From: an uncultured Desulfurococcales archaeon
GTDB lineage: Archaea > Thermoproteota > Thermoprotei_A > EX4484-217-1
Assembly: GCA_964564025.1 (NCBI GenBank)
Contig: CAZLZO010000001.1
Coordinates: forward strand, 16,348-80,347
Length of the DNA stretch: 64,000 nt
Direction: 5' to 3'
Under the pieces are notes generated by a model that did not search any database, was not told where the DNA came from, and saw nothing but the letters and a program-made list of their open reading frames with translations. A program made the translations under genes and the position numbers. Shown piece by piece: positions 28,941-37,960 of the stretch (position 1 is the first letter of the stretch; each line of letters opens with the position of its first letter).

Positions 28941-29963
28941 GTGCTTAGGAAAGTTCAGTTAACAGGCGGTGCAACACTCATAGTTTCCCTACCTAAAGAA
29001 TGGGTTAAGAGAGTTAACCTTAAACCAGGAGACTATGTCGTAATTATACCTCAACCTGATAACTCACTAAAAATATCATTAGCTACTGAAGATAAGAAAA
29101 GCCTTGAAACAACTTTGAAAGTATCTTCTCGGATGAGTCCTACAATTGCTCTTAGAGAATTTGTAGCAAGATATCTTTTAGGCTACAATACCATAAAGGT
29201 TGTTTTAGCTGATGGCACTAGGAGGCAAAGAGAAACAATAAGGGACTACATGGCTAGGTCACTTATAGGAGTGGAGATTGTTGAGGAATCAAAGAATCTC
29301 ATGGTTGTTCAATGTTTAGCAGGTTATTCTGAATTACCTCTTAAAACAGCTTTAAGAAGAATGTCTAATACAACATATTACATGATATCTGATGTAATAG
29401 CCAACATTAGGGAACCGAGTGATGAATCCCTTGAAGACATAGTTAAGAGAGATGATGATGTAGATAAATTTTACCTATATATTGTTAGGCAAATGAACCT
29501 TGTTTCACAAGGTTTAATTTTACCTTATGAAGTAGGTCTTTCTAATGTTAGAGAAAGTGTAGAATACGTTATGATATCTAAGTCTATAGAGAGAATTGCT
29601 GATCACGCCGTAAGAATTGCTGAGTCTTTAAGAAAGCTTATGAGAGAAAACGTGTTTTTAGATGAAACAATCAGAGATGCTATTTATGAATACGGGAATA
29701 ATGCTCTTGAACTTTATCTTTCAGCTATCAAAGCCCTCTTTAAGAGAGACTCTATAACAGCCCATGACGTAATAGATAGATCAGAGGAAATGAGAATTAT
29801 GGAAAATGAAATCCTTAAATTAATACTTTACTCTGGAGGAGACATAGTTAAAAAGGCATTATCATTAAGGATAATTTTAGAAAGCTTCAAGAGAATAGGT
29901 TTTTATAGTATGGACATTTCAGAGCATGTAATAAGTCTTCTCCTTGAACCCCCGAAGAAATGA
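28941..29963 (+). CDS. phosphate uptake regulator, AbrB/SpoVT N-terminal domain + PhoU-like domains
   Basis: 340 aa. N-terminal swapped-hairpin 'KVQLTGGATLIVSLPKEWVKRVNLKPGDYVVI'. Helical PhoU-like repeats follow. Confidence 0.65.
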   Translation: MLRKVQLTGGATLIVSLPKEWVKRVNLKPGDYVVIIPQPDNSLKISLATEDKKSLETTLKVSSRMSPTIALREFVARYLLGYNTIKVVLADGTRRQRETIRDYMARSLIGVEIVEESKNLMVVQCLAGYSELPLKTALRRMSNTTYYMISDVIANIREPSDESLEDIVKRDDDVDKFYLYIVRQMNLVSQGLILPYEVGLSNVRESVEYVMISKSIERIADHAVRIAESLRKLMRENVFLDETIRDAIYEYGNNALELYLSAIKALFKRDSITAHDVIDRSEEMRIMENEILKLILYSGGDIVKKALSLRIILESFKRIGFYSMDISEHVISLLLEPPKK

Positions 29964-29975
29964 CTTTTTAACTTT

Positions 29976-30332
29976 TTAATTTTCAACATCTGGATTCCAA
30001 GCTCTAATTTCCCTGTAAAATTTAAGCACTTCAGAAGGCCATTTAACAACATAGTGTAACTTTATGGTTACACCATTCACTCTTTTTTCACCATCATAAA
30101 CCATTTTAACTTCAACATCTGCTTCCTCTAATCCTAATACTGTTAAAACAGCTCTTACAGCTGATTCATAGTCGTCTGCTGGAACATCTCTAATAACCCA
30201 CTCATCTCCTTCAACAATTAATTTAACATCAAACTTTTTAGGCAAATAATTCCACCTCAAGCCATACTCCATGTATTTAAGGGTTTTAAGCTTATATGCC
30301 TTTAATCTTGAAAGGAACGTGTCCAAAAACAT
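29976..30332 (-). CDS. hypothetical protein
   Basis: 118 aa. Overlaps the next gene by 41 bp; internal start 'MEYGLRW' at 30272 would remove the overlap. Confidence 0.3.
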   Translation of the reverse strand: MFLDTFLSRLKAYKLKTLKYMEYGLRWNYLPKKFDVKLIVEGDEWVIRDVPADDYESAVRAVLTVLGLEEADVEVKMVYDGEKRVNGVTIKLHYVVKWPSEVLKFYREIRAWNPDVEN

Positions 30333-30717
30333 GAGGAGGAATGCTCATTAAGCCTATTAAGAGAAAACCTAAAACTACAGCTATAATTACTGCTAAAACT
30401 ATAACTGTTATAACTGATACTATGTAAAGTAAAGCCGCTTTACCCCAGCTAACATCGTAAACGTTTTTAATTACCCATAAATACGCGATAAATCCTATGA
30501 TTAGCGAGAGAAACCATGAGCCTGTAATAGCTAAGGTGAAGGCGTAAACAACTACGGTAACTATTCCTCCAGCAACAGTAGCTATGATAGCGTTCAATAA
30601 ACTTGACTTCTTAACACCTAATATTTTAGACGCTAGCCATAGCGGTACACTTGAAATAACTATTAACAAGAAGTAAACAAGTAATGTAATAAGCAGTGTC
30701 GTAAACATTTTAATCAC
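30292..30717 (-). CDS. hypothetical polytopic membrane protein
   Basis: 141 aa, four predicted TM helices. Confidence 0.35.
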   Translation of the reverse strand: MIKMFTTLLITLLVYFLLIVISSVPLWLASKILGVKKSSLLNAIIATVAGGIVTVVVYAFTLAITGSWFLSLIIGFIAYLWVIKNVYDVSWGKAALLYIVSVITVIVLAVIIAVVLGFLLIGLMSIPPHVFGHVPFKIKGI

Positions 30718-30849
30718 ATCACCTTATCTTTGATGCTTAAGCTCTTATATATCATTTTTCACATAGCTTAAAGAGAATTAATATAATAAAGTATTAAAGA
30801 AAAAACTTTAATACAAGTTTTTTCTTTAGTAACTAATCCGGTAAAAACC

Positions 30850-31899
30850 ATGAATTCCAGCATGGTTTTTGAGAGAAGCAGAATGTATAATGTAGGTTTT
30901 GACACTATTGTTGATTTCTTCTATAGATTAAGTGACGTAGCTGATGAGCTTAAATCTGATGGCCTATGGTTTAGATATGGACCAGAAGCTTTACCTGAAA
31001 CAATAAAAGTACCGAAAAGAGGTACTTTGAGGGTCAAGTATGGTTTTCCGGTGTTTCAGAAAGGTGGTGTATGCATGGACGTAACTAATGTTGAGCAAGC
31101 ACAAATAGCTGAAGATGCCGGTGCTGTTTCAGTTATGGTGCTTGATAAGCTTCCATACGATGTTAGAATGGCTGGAGGTGTTGCCAGAATGGCTGACGTT
31201 AAAGTTATTGAGGAAGTAATGAGCAGTATAACGATACCTGTAATGGCGAAGGTAAGAATAGGGCACTACATGGAAGCACGAATCCTTGAAACCATAGGAG
31301 TAGACATGATAGATGAAAGTGAAGTACTTACACCAGTAGATGAAAAACATCATATAAACAAGTGGGAATTCAAAATACCATTCGTTAATGGAGCTAGGGA
31401 ATTAGGGGAAGCGCTTAGAAGAATAACTGAAGGAGCATCAATGATTCGAACAAAAGGCGAAGCAGGTACTGGCAATGTGGCTGAAGCAGTTAGACACATG
31501 AAGCTAATAATGAATGAAATCTCAGTTTTAAAAAGGCTCCCCCCTGAAGAAAGAATGAGGAAAGCTAGAGAATATGGAGTACCATACGAGCTCGTAGACT
31601 TAACTGCTAAGTTAGGTAGACTTCCAGTAGTTAATTTTGCAGCTGGAGGAATAGCTACACCCGCTGATGCAGCATTAATGATGTGGCTTGGAGCAGATGG
31701 GGTTTTCGTAGGTTCCGGGATTTTCAAAAGCCGCGACCCAAGAAATAGGGCTGAAGCCATAGTTTTAGCTACTAGCATGTGGGATGATCCTGAAGCTATT
31801 GCTGAAGCTCAGAGAATGATAAGTGAAGCCAAGAGTATGATGGGAATAGATATACGCAAGTTAAAACCTGAAGAACTTCTTCAAGTAAGAGGAGTTTAA
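30850..31899 (+). CDS. pdxS: pyridoxal 5'-phosphate synthase lyase subunit PdxS
   Basis: '[29 protein letters not shown]', '[15 protein letters not shown]', '[32 protein letters not shown]'. ORF-track N-terminus carries ~59 aa that do not match PdxS; in-frame TTG at 31027 would give a canonical ~290-aa protein. Confidence 0.85.
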   Translation: MNSSMVFERSRMYNVGFDTIVDFFYRLSDVADELKSDGLWFRYGPEALPETIKVPKRGTLRVKYGFPVFQKGGVCMDVTNVEQAQIAEDAGAVSVMVLDKLPYDVRMAGGVARMADVKVIEEVMSSITIPVMAKVRIGHYMEARILETIGVDMIDESEVLTPVDEKHHINKWEFKIPFVNGARELGEALRRITEGASMIRTKGEAGTGNVAEAVRHMKLIMNEISVLKRLPPEERMRKAREYGVPYELVDLTAKLGRLPVVNFAAGGIATPADAALMMWLGADGVFVGSGIFKSRDPRNRAEAIVLATSMWDDPEAIAEAQRMISEAKSMMGIDIRKLKPEELLQVRGV

Positions 31900-31900
31900 A

Positions 31901-32503
31901 ATGAAGATAGGTATTTTAGCATATCAAGGAGGAGTTTATGAACATAAGTATATGCTACATAAAGCCTTAAGTAAACTAGGTATCAGCGGCGAAGTTATTC
32001 TCGTAAAAAAGCTTCACCAACTAAGAAACCTGGATGGAATAGTTATTCCAGGAGGTGAAAGTACAACAATAGGTAAAATAGCCGAGAAAACAGGTGTCTT
32101 AAGCATCTTAAGAGACTTAATAAAGGAAGGTCTTCCAGCCTTTGGCACATGCGCTGGAACCATAATGATGGCTAAGAAGGTTAGAGACAGTGTTGTTGGA
32201 TCGGTTCATCAACCACTACTTGGAGTTATGGATATTGAGGTCATAAGGAACTACTATGGTAGGCAAAGAGAAAGTTTCGAAATAGATCTTCAAATATCAA
32301 AGCTCGGCAATAAGCCCTTTAGAGGAGTTTTCATTAGAGCACCAGCGATAACTAATGTGTGGAGTGATGTTTCACCATTAGCTAAAGTTGAAGGAATCAT
32401 TGTTGCTGCAGAGCAAAAACATATGCTTGCCACAACATTTCATCCGGAACTAACAAGTGATACACGGTTCCATGAACTATTCATAAACATCATTAAAAGG
32501 TGA
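31901..32503 (+). CDS. pdxT: pyridoxal 5'-phosphate synthase glutaminase subunit PdxT
   Basis: 200 aa. Class-I glutamine amidotransferase 'GTCAGTIMM' with catalytic Cys and 'TFHPELT'. 1 bp after pdxS. Confidence 0.85.
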   Translation: MKIGILAYQGGVYEHKYMLHKALSKLGISGEVILVKKLHQLRNLDGIVIPGGESTTIGKIAEKTGVLSILRDLIKEGLPAFGTCAGTIMMAKKVRDSVVGSVHQPLLGVMDIEVIRNYYGRQRESFEIDLQISKLGNKPFRGVFIRAPAITNVWSDVSPLAKVEGIIVAAEQKHMLATTFHPELTSDTRFHELFINIIKR

Positions 32504-32509
32504 GCAATT

Positions 32510-33241
32510 ATGAAGTCTTCAAGAGCATCTAAAGCTAAACTTACAGCATACATAGCTACATTTACTGCATTAGTATTCGCAGCAACATCAGTTATTGTCG
32601 TTGAAACACCAGCTACCAAAGGATTCTTTAACTTAGGAGAAACCATGGTTTACACTGCAGCATTACTTGGAGGAACCCTAGTAGGATGTTTTGCTGGAGG
32701 CGTGGGTTCAGCTCTTGCTGACTTATACTTAGGATATCCACACTATGCTCCAGGAACATTGGTAATAAAGGGTATTGAGGGACTTATAGTAGCTTATTTA
32801 TCTTTAAGATTTAGGAGGCTCAATATTGCCCAATGGAAAGCTATCTCAATAATTTCAGCATTAATTGCTTTCGGATTAATCGTAGGTCTCGGATACACTT
32901 ACTATAGAGGAGAAACAATACTTTACTTCCTAGGGTCTGAAACAAGATTCTCAATACCTGGAGAACTATGGTTTATTCTAGGGTTACTTTTTGCAACAGG
33001 AATACTGTATTTAGGGTTTAAGTACGACCCCAAAGTTGGCGGAGACGTTTATGCGATAATCTTGGGAGGATTAGAAATGGTTTTAGGATACTTTACATAC
33101 CAAGTATTTGTACTAAAGTATCCACCAATGGTTGCTGCACTCGAAATACCAGTTAATTTAGGACAAGCAACAATAGGGTTGCTTGTAGCATTACCTTTAG
33201 CAAGAACCATTAAGGCTATGGGGGCTAAAGTGGAGACTTGA
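32510..33241 (+). CDS. ECF transporter substrate-specific (S) component
   Basis: 243 aa. 'FFNLGETMVYTAALLGGTLVGCFAGGVGSALADLYLGYPHYAPGTLVIKGIEG' is the typical S-component core. 6 bp after pdxT. Confidence 0.55.
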   Translation: MKSSRASKAKLTAYIATFTALVFAATSVIVVETPATKGFFNLGETMVYTAALLGGTLVGCFAGGVGSALADLYLGYPHYAPGTLVIKGIEGLIVAYLSLRFRRLNIAQWKAISIISALIAFGLIVGLGYTYYRGETILYFLGSETRFSIPGELWFILGLLFATGILYLGFKYDPKVGGDVYAIILGGLEMVLGYFTYQVFVLKYPPMVAALEIPVNLGQATIGLLVALPLARTIKAMGAKVET

Positions 33242-34779
33242 TAAAGATAGAGAATCTATGGTATAGATATGGTAGTGGAGAACGTTGGGCCTTAAAAAAC
33301 ATAAATTTATTTTTGAAACCAGGCGAAATAGGGTTAATTGTAGGCCCTAATGGGTCTGGAAAAACAACATTAGCTAAGGCGATAGCTGGTATACTTCCAG
33401 AATTTTACTCAGGTGAATTATGTGGAAAAGTAATTGTTAATACAGTTAATGTTCTAGACAAACCTGAAGAGGCATTTAGATACGTTGGTTACGTGGGGGA
33501 AGACCCTGAAGTTCAATTAGTAACATTAACAGTTAAAGATGAAGTTATGTTTGGCCCATCAAATTTAGGATTACCTCTTAAAGAAATTGTTGAGAGAGCT
33601 AATTGGGCATTAAGAGTTTCTGGGGCCGAAAATCTCAAAGATAGAACTATTTTCGAGTTAAGCGGCGGAGAAATGCAGAAAGTAGCTTTAGCATCAATCT
33701 TGGCCTTAAAACCTAAAGTACTTATTCTCGACGAACCAACAGCGTTTATTGAAGCACCTTTAGCTAAAAAATTTTACGAGAAACTAAGAGATATAGCTAA
33801 AAAGGAATCCATAACTATAATGCTTATAGAACACAAGTTAAACCATGTAATTAATATTGCCGATAAGATATTTGTTTTAAAGAATGGAGAAATAGTTTTT
33901 CAAAAGAACGTAAAGGAGCTAACGTTCTCTGATATCATGAATAATCCTATGCCTAAGCCTATAGAGACCTTATTTGGGAAGATAGCTAGTAAAGAAGGTT
34001 ATGAAGCTAAGCCTTTGTCACGCGTAGTACTTAGTGAAAACACATCTAACATAGTGGAAATTGAAAGTTTATGGTATAAATATCCTAGATCAAAAAATTA
34101 TGCTTTAAAAAACGTAAATTTGAAAATTCCCAGAGAAGCAAAAGTGGGTCTTTTAGGACCTAATGGCTCAGGTAAGTCAACTCTAATTAAGATAATTGCT
34201 GGAATAATTAAGCCACAAAGAGGCGTTATTAGAATTTATGGAGAATTTCTTAAAGCTAAAATAGGTTATGTTCCTCAGAATCCTACTCTTTCCTTCACCC
34301 AACCAACACCTTATAAGGAAGTTTATGAAACAGCTAAAAAGCTTAAGTTAGCTAATCCTGAGTATGAAGCATGGAAATCTCTAAAAATGCTAGGACTAGA
34401 AGAATACGCCGAAAAACCCGTGTTGCACTTAAGTTATGGTTTCAGAAGAAGACTATCTATTGCTTCAGCTTTAGTAGGTAAGCCGAGACTTCTACTTCTC
34501 GATGAACCAACAGCTTACTTAGACTTCGATGGTAAAGTAGAGTTAATTGAAGTATTAAACACTATAGCGAAGGAGTATAAGACAACATTAATCATAGCTT
34601 CTCATGATACTTGGTTTATTAGTGAAATTTGCGATTTAGCTGCAATACTTCATAGAGGCTCGATAAGATTTGTAGGCGAAATAGATAGCATTCTAAAGCT
34701 TCCTGAAATAGAAAGCTATGGTATAGAAAACCCGTTTCATGGAGGTGTAAGCGTAATTGATTTTATGGATACTCGATAA
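33238..34779 (+). CDS. ECF transporter duplicated ATPase (EcfA-EcfA' fusion, CbiO-like)
   Basis: 513 aa. Two ABC cassettes: Walker A 'GPNGSGKTT' / 'GPNGSGKST'; signatures 'LSGGEMQKVALAS' / 'LSYGFRRRLSIAS'. Confidence 0.8.
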   Translation: MIKIENLWYRYGSGERWALKNINLFLKPGEIGLIVGPNGSGKTTLAKAIAGILPEFYSGELCGKVIVNTVNVLDKPEEAFRYVGYVGEDPEVQLVTLTVKDEVMFGPSNLGLPLKEIVERANWALRVSGAENLKDRTIFELSGGEMQKVALASILALKPKVLILDEPTAFIEAPLAKKFYEKLRDIAKKESITIMLIEHKLNHVINIADKIFVLKNGEIVFQKNVKELTFSDIMNNPMPKPIETLFGKIASKEGYEAKPLSRVVLSENTSNIVEIESLWYKYPRSKNYALKNVNLKIPREAKVGLLGPNGSGKSTLIKIIAGIIKPQRGVIRIYGEFLKAKIGYVPQNPTLSFTQPTPYKEVYETAKKLKLANPEYEAWKSLKMLGLEEYAEKPVLHLSYGFRRRLSIASALVGKPRLLLLDEPTAYLDFDGKVELIEVLNTIAKEYKTTLIIASHDTWFISEICDLAAILHRGSIRFVGEIDSILKLPEIESYGIENPFHGGVSVIDFMDTR

Positions 34780-35473
34780 AATAAGGGTTGCACTAACATT
34801 TTCCCAAGAGAATACTCCACTATCCAAAGCCCATGTAGGTTTTAAATTCCTCTCACTAATACTCTTCTTTATCTCAATAACTTTAGTAGACAATGTATAT
34901 GGGATCGCTTTAATTTCGACATACCTGGTTTTAGTAACGCTAATGTCTAAAAATTTAAGAATACTCTACGAGAGCTCATTAGCTGTAGTAGTACCCATAG
35001 CTTTACTCGGATTTTTTGCTTGGATTTTTTCACCTACAGGAATATTTTCCTACGAAACTTTGGTTTATGTCTTATCTCTTGTAGCTAGAATTTATTTGCT
35101 AGCTGTATCTTTCCTAATAATGTTTTCTACAACTAACCCTTCACAACTAGCTTGCTTTCTTGAGAAACACGGATTACCTTTAGTTTTTTCACAATCACTA
35201 ATTCTTACATGGAGACTAATACCTTTAGTGCTTAAGGATGTTATCGAATCCGTAATGTCCATTAAACTAAGAAAATTTCCAAGTACGAGGGCATTAATTC
35301 CTGTTACAGCAGTAGCTATTGAAAGAGCAAACATGGTTTCTGAAACTCTTTACGTTAAGGGATTAGGGTTTAAAGAAAGAAGAACAATTATCTCTTCTCC
35401 AGGAATCCTTAGTTATGGATTAATTTTAACCATATACTCTTTAATATTACTCGTTTTAGTTTTAATTTTATAG
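34757..35473 (+). CDS. ECF transporter transmembrane (T) component, CbiQ family
   Basis: 238 aa polytopic. Follows ecfA with a 23-bp overlap. Confidence 0.65.
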   Translation: MILWILDKIRVALTFSQENTPLSKAHVGFKFLSLILFFISITLVDNVYGIALISTYLVLVTLMSKNLRILYESSLAVVVPIALLGFFAWIFSPTGIFSYETLVYVLSLVARIYLLAVSFLIMFSTTNPSQLACFLEKHGLPLVFSQSLILTWRLIPLVLKDVIESVMSIKLRKFPSTRALIPVTAVAIERANMVSETLYVKGLGFKERRTIISSPGILSYGLILTIYSLILLVLVLIL

Positions 35474-35550
35474 TTTTTACCTAGTAACACTTTCCCCTTA
35501 TATATTTCGAAGTAATACATTTAAGTTAAGGACAGGGGATTGAGGAGGAA

Positions 35551-36252
35551 ATGTCCGAGACATTCTATATTGCTGAAACAAAAAAGTTCTCAAATAGGAA
35601 GTTTTTTGTAGTACTTTTGGCCGTATTGGCTGCTTTTTTATCAGTACTTTTTCAGGGTTACAATATACTCATTCACTCTATATGTTTTGGAACATTTCTC
35701 TTTTTAATACATGATGTACTTGTTTCTAAAGAACCTGGCGAAACACATTATCTCTACTTCGGCTTAAGAATATGGGTTAGTGTGACCATAACACTTTACT
35801 TAGGAATATTAAGTGGGGTCATTTTTTCAATAATTCGTACGGAAGAATCTATAGAGTTAGTGAAAACTGTAGGTGAAGCTTTAATTTCGTTAAAGAATCC
35901 GATAATGATATTTCTCTTTAACTTGCCTAAGGGGCTTCTTGGAGCGATACCATATGCTGGACCATTTATAATAGGGGTTGCTGGGGGGAATTCAGGGTTC
36001 ATTATGGGAACAGCACTATATCATATTTTTATAGGAGGAGAAGAGTTTAGAGCTATAATTACATCCCTTATAGCTTTTCACCCTTATGGGTTTTTAGAAA
36101 TTCTTTCTTATAGCATGTTCATTACTGCATCGCTCTATGCTAGAAGAAGAATGTGGGGTGATGTAGTAAAAATTATTGGAATAGCTACTTTACTCTTAGT
36201 AGCTGCGGCTTACCTTGAATTCTGGGAAGTCTCATTTTTAAGTAAATACTGA
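35551..36252 (+). CDS. hypothetical membrane protein (SpoIIM/DUF95-like)
   Basis: 233 aa, six TM helices. Weak resemblance only. Confidence 0.3.
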   Translation: MSETFYIAETKKFSNRKFFVVLLAVLAAFLSVLFQGYNILIHSICFGTFLFLIHDVLVSKEPGETHYLYFGLRIWVSVTITLYLGILSGVIFSIIRTEESIELVKTVGEALISLKNPIMIFLFNLPKGLLGAIPYAGPFIIGVAGGNSGFIMGTALYHIFIGGEEFRAIITSLIAFHPYGFLEILSYSMFITASLYARRRMWGDVVKIIGIATLLLVAAAYLEFWEVSFLSKY

Positions 36253-36520
36253 TATTAATTGATTACATACATTTTTTAGCATATATTTAAATTAGAACCT
36301 TTATTACTTACGTGAACCATTTTTAAACAGATCCTCCCCAAACTATTTACCATAATTCACTGCTTGATGTATGTGAAATAATTTTACCTAATTAGGAAAC
36401 GTAGTTTGTTTAAGGTAAGTTGTTAGAAACGGAAACACGTTGACTTTAAATTTGTACCGTAAGAACTTTTTCGAGAAATATTTAAGAATCCTTTTTGCCT
36501 TTAAAATCTAGGGTTCTGCG

Positions 36521-36799
36521 ATGACGACTTCTGAAGAGCGTGAACTAGTGAGGTATAGAAATGAGCTTGATGAATTCATTAGAGATCAAATGACTATTTT
36601 TAGGGAAATAGCCTTAAGAGTTAAAGACTATTTTGACACGTTCCTTATGGAAGCGGGAATGGACGATTTAGACCAGGTGGATAAGTCATTTTATTACGCA
36701 TTTATACTTGAAATTTCTAGGTCAATATTCATTAATTGGAGTGTGTATAAAAGACATAAGGAAGGATTTAGACATGACAAGAATAATGGGGCACGTTAG
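36521..36799 (+). CDS. hypothetical protein
   Basis: 92 aa, acidic/helical. No motif recognised. Confidence 0.25.
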   Translation: MTTSEERELVRYRNELDEFIRDQMTIFREIALRVKDYFDTFLMEAGMDDLDQVDKSFYYAFILEISRSIFINWSVYKRHKEGFRHDKNNGAR

Positions 36800-37422
36800 C
36801 TCTTCCCTCCTCTAAGCATTTCGTACAGCATGATTAATTCCTTGACGGGATTTACTGAATAATCAACTCTTAAATTAACTATGTAGTCATAGTATTTTCC
36901 ATAGAGTGTTTCTCCAACAACAATTAAAGCCCCACTTCTATCTCCTCTTTTATCTCCTCCTAGAGCATGTCCAGCAGCCAATGCTAAGAGAAGAGCCCAT
37001 GCAAAATCTTCTCCTCTTTTTCTCTTGAACTCTTCACACATAACCTTAGGTATTTCCGCAGTAACAATAAGGTTCCCTAAACATACAACAGTTTGATCTA
37101 CGCATATGCCATTTTCCTTAGGTATTTCTTTTCCACTATGAAATGCAACATTCCCCTTATAATCAACTACTGCTACTTGTCTTTTCTCAGGCTCACTATC
37201 CTTAGATAACGCCTTAGCTAGTGCCTTATCAGCTGAAAAGCCATTGGCTAAGTATTCAAGAATTATTGGGCCTAACGCAGGGTTAGTATATGCTTGTGTT
37301 GCTACAGCACCTACGCCAGCCCTTGCCCATGGAACTCTTGAACCTACGGCTAAACTTCCGGAAACAACTGCTACACCAAATAACTTCTTACTTAAGTCAG
37401 CACCTACAATACTGTACGTCAT
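36796..37422 (-). CDS. DUF1028 family protein (Ntn-hydrolase fold)
   Basis: 208 aa. Begins 'MTYSIVGAD', the hallmark N-terminal Thr-nucleophile region of DUF1028. Confidence 0.6.
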   Translation of the reverse strand: MTYSIVGADLSKKLFGVAVVSGSLAVGSRVPWARAGVGAVATQAYTNPALGPIILEYLANGFSADKALAKALSKDSEPEKRQVAVVDYKGNVAFHSGKEIPKENGICVDQTVVCLGNLIVTAEIPKVMCEEFKRKRGEDFAWALLLALAAGHALGGDKRGDRSGALIVVGETLYGKYYDYIVNLRVDYSVNPVKELIMLYEMLRGGKS

Positions 37423-37465
37423 TTCATATAAGGCCTCAGAAAATTTTGCTTAGCGCTCAAATATA

Positions 37466-37942
37466 TTATTTCTTCTTAAAAATTCTAATTAAGCCTTTAT
37501 TCGAAAGTTCCCTAAGTACAAAATATAGTAGTACTAGAGAAACTAGTCCCCCATAAAACTCTATCTTTTGTAATTCAGAAAGTATGTTGAACTCTGCTTC
37601 TTCACCTATACTCTTAAGTATTAATACATCAGCTATGTTAGCTAGAATAACCAAGATATGAAGTATAAAAAGAGCTAAGGCCAGAAATGTTCCAACAGTG
37701 AGCGCTGATAAACTCTGTACTTCACTACTATACGATACTAATGATAATGCAAGTATTGAACCTATTGTAATCAACGCTATAGAATATCCTATGTCGCCTG
37801 GCACATTAAGTGTTAAGAAAACATTAAATGGTTCATAACCTATTGGAAATGTTGAAGAAAACCAGTTGTATAGAGCAATTAAACCATAAACTAAGTAAAT
37901 TACGCCCAATATTCCCGCAATTATTCTAGCAATTATTCTCAC
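37466..37942 (-). CDS. hypothetical membrane protein
   Basis: 158 aa, four TM helices. Confidence 0.3.
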   Translation of the reverse strand: MRIIARIIAGILGVIYLVYGLIALYNWFSSTFPIGYEPFNVFLTLNVPGDIGYSIALITIGSILALSLVSYSSEVQSLSALTVGTFLALALFILHILVILANIADVLILKSIGEEAEFNILSELQKIEFYGGLVSLVLLYFVLRELSNKGLIRIFKKK

Positions 37943-37960
37943 TATAATATTCTCCCCCTT

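Noticed and set aside
31129-31778. Minus-strand ORFs (74 and 142 aa) inside pdxS
   Set aside because: Antisense to one of the most conserved genes in the window.
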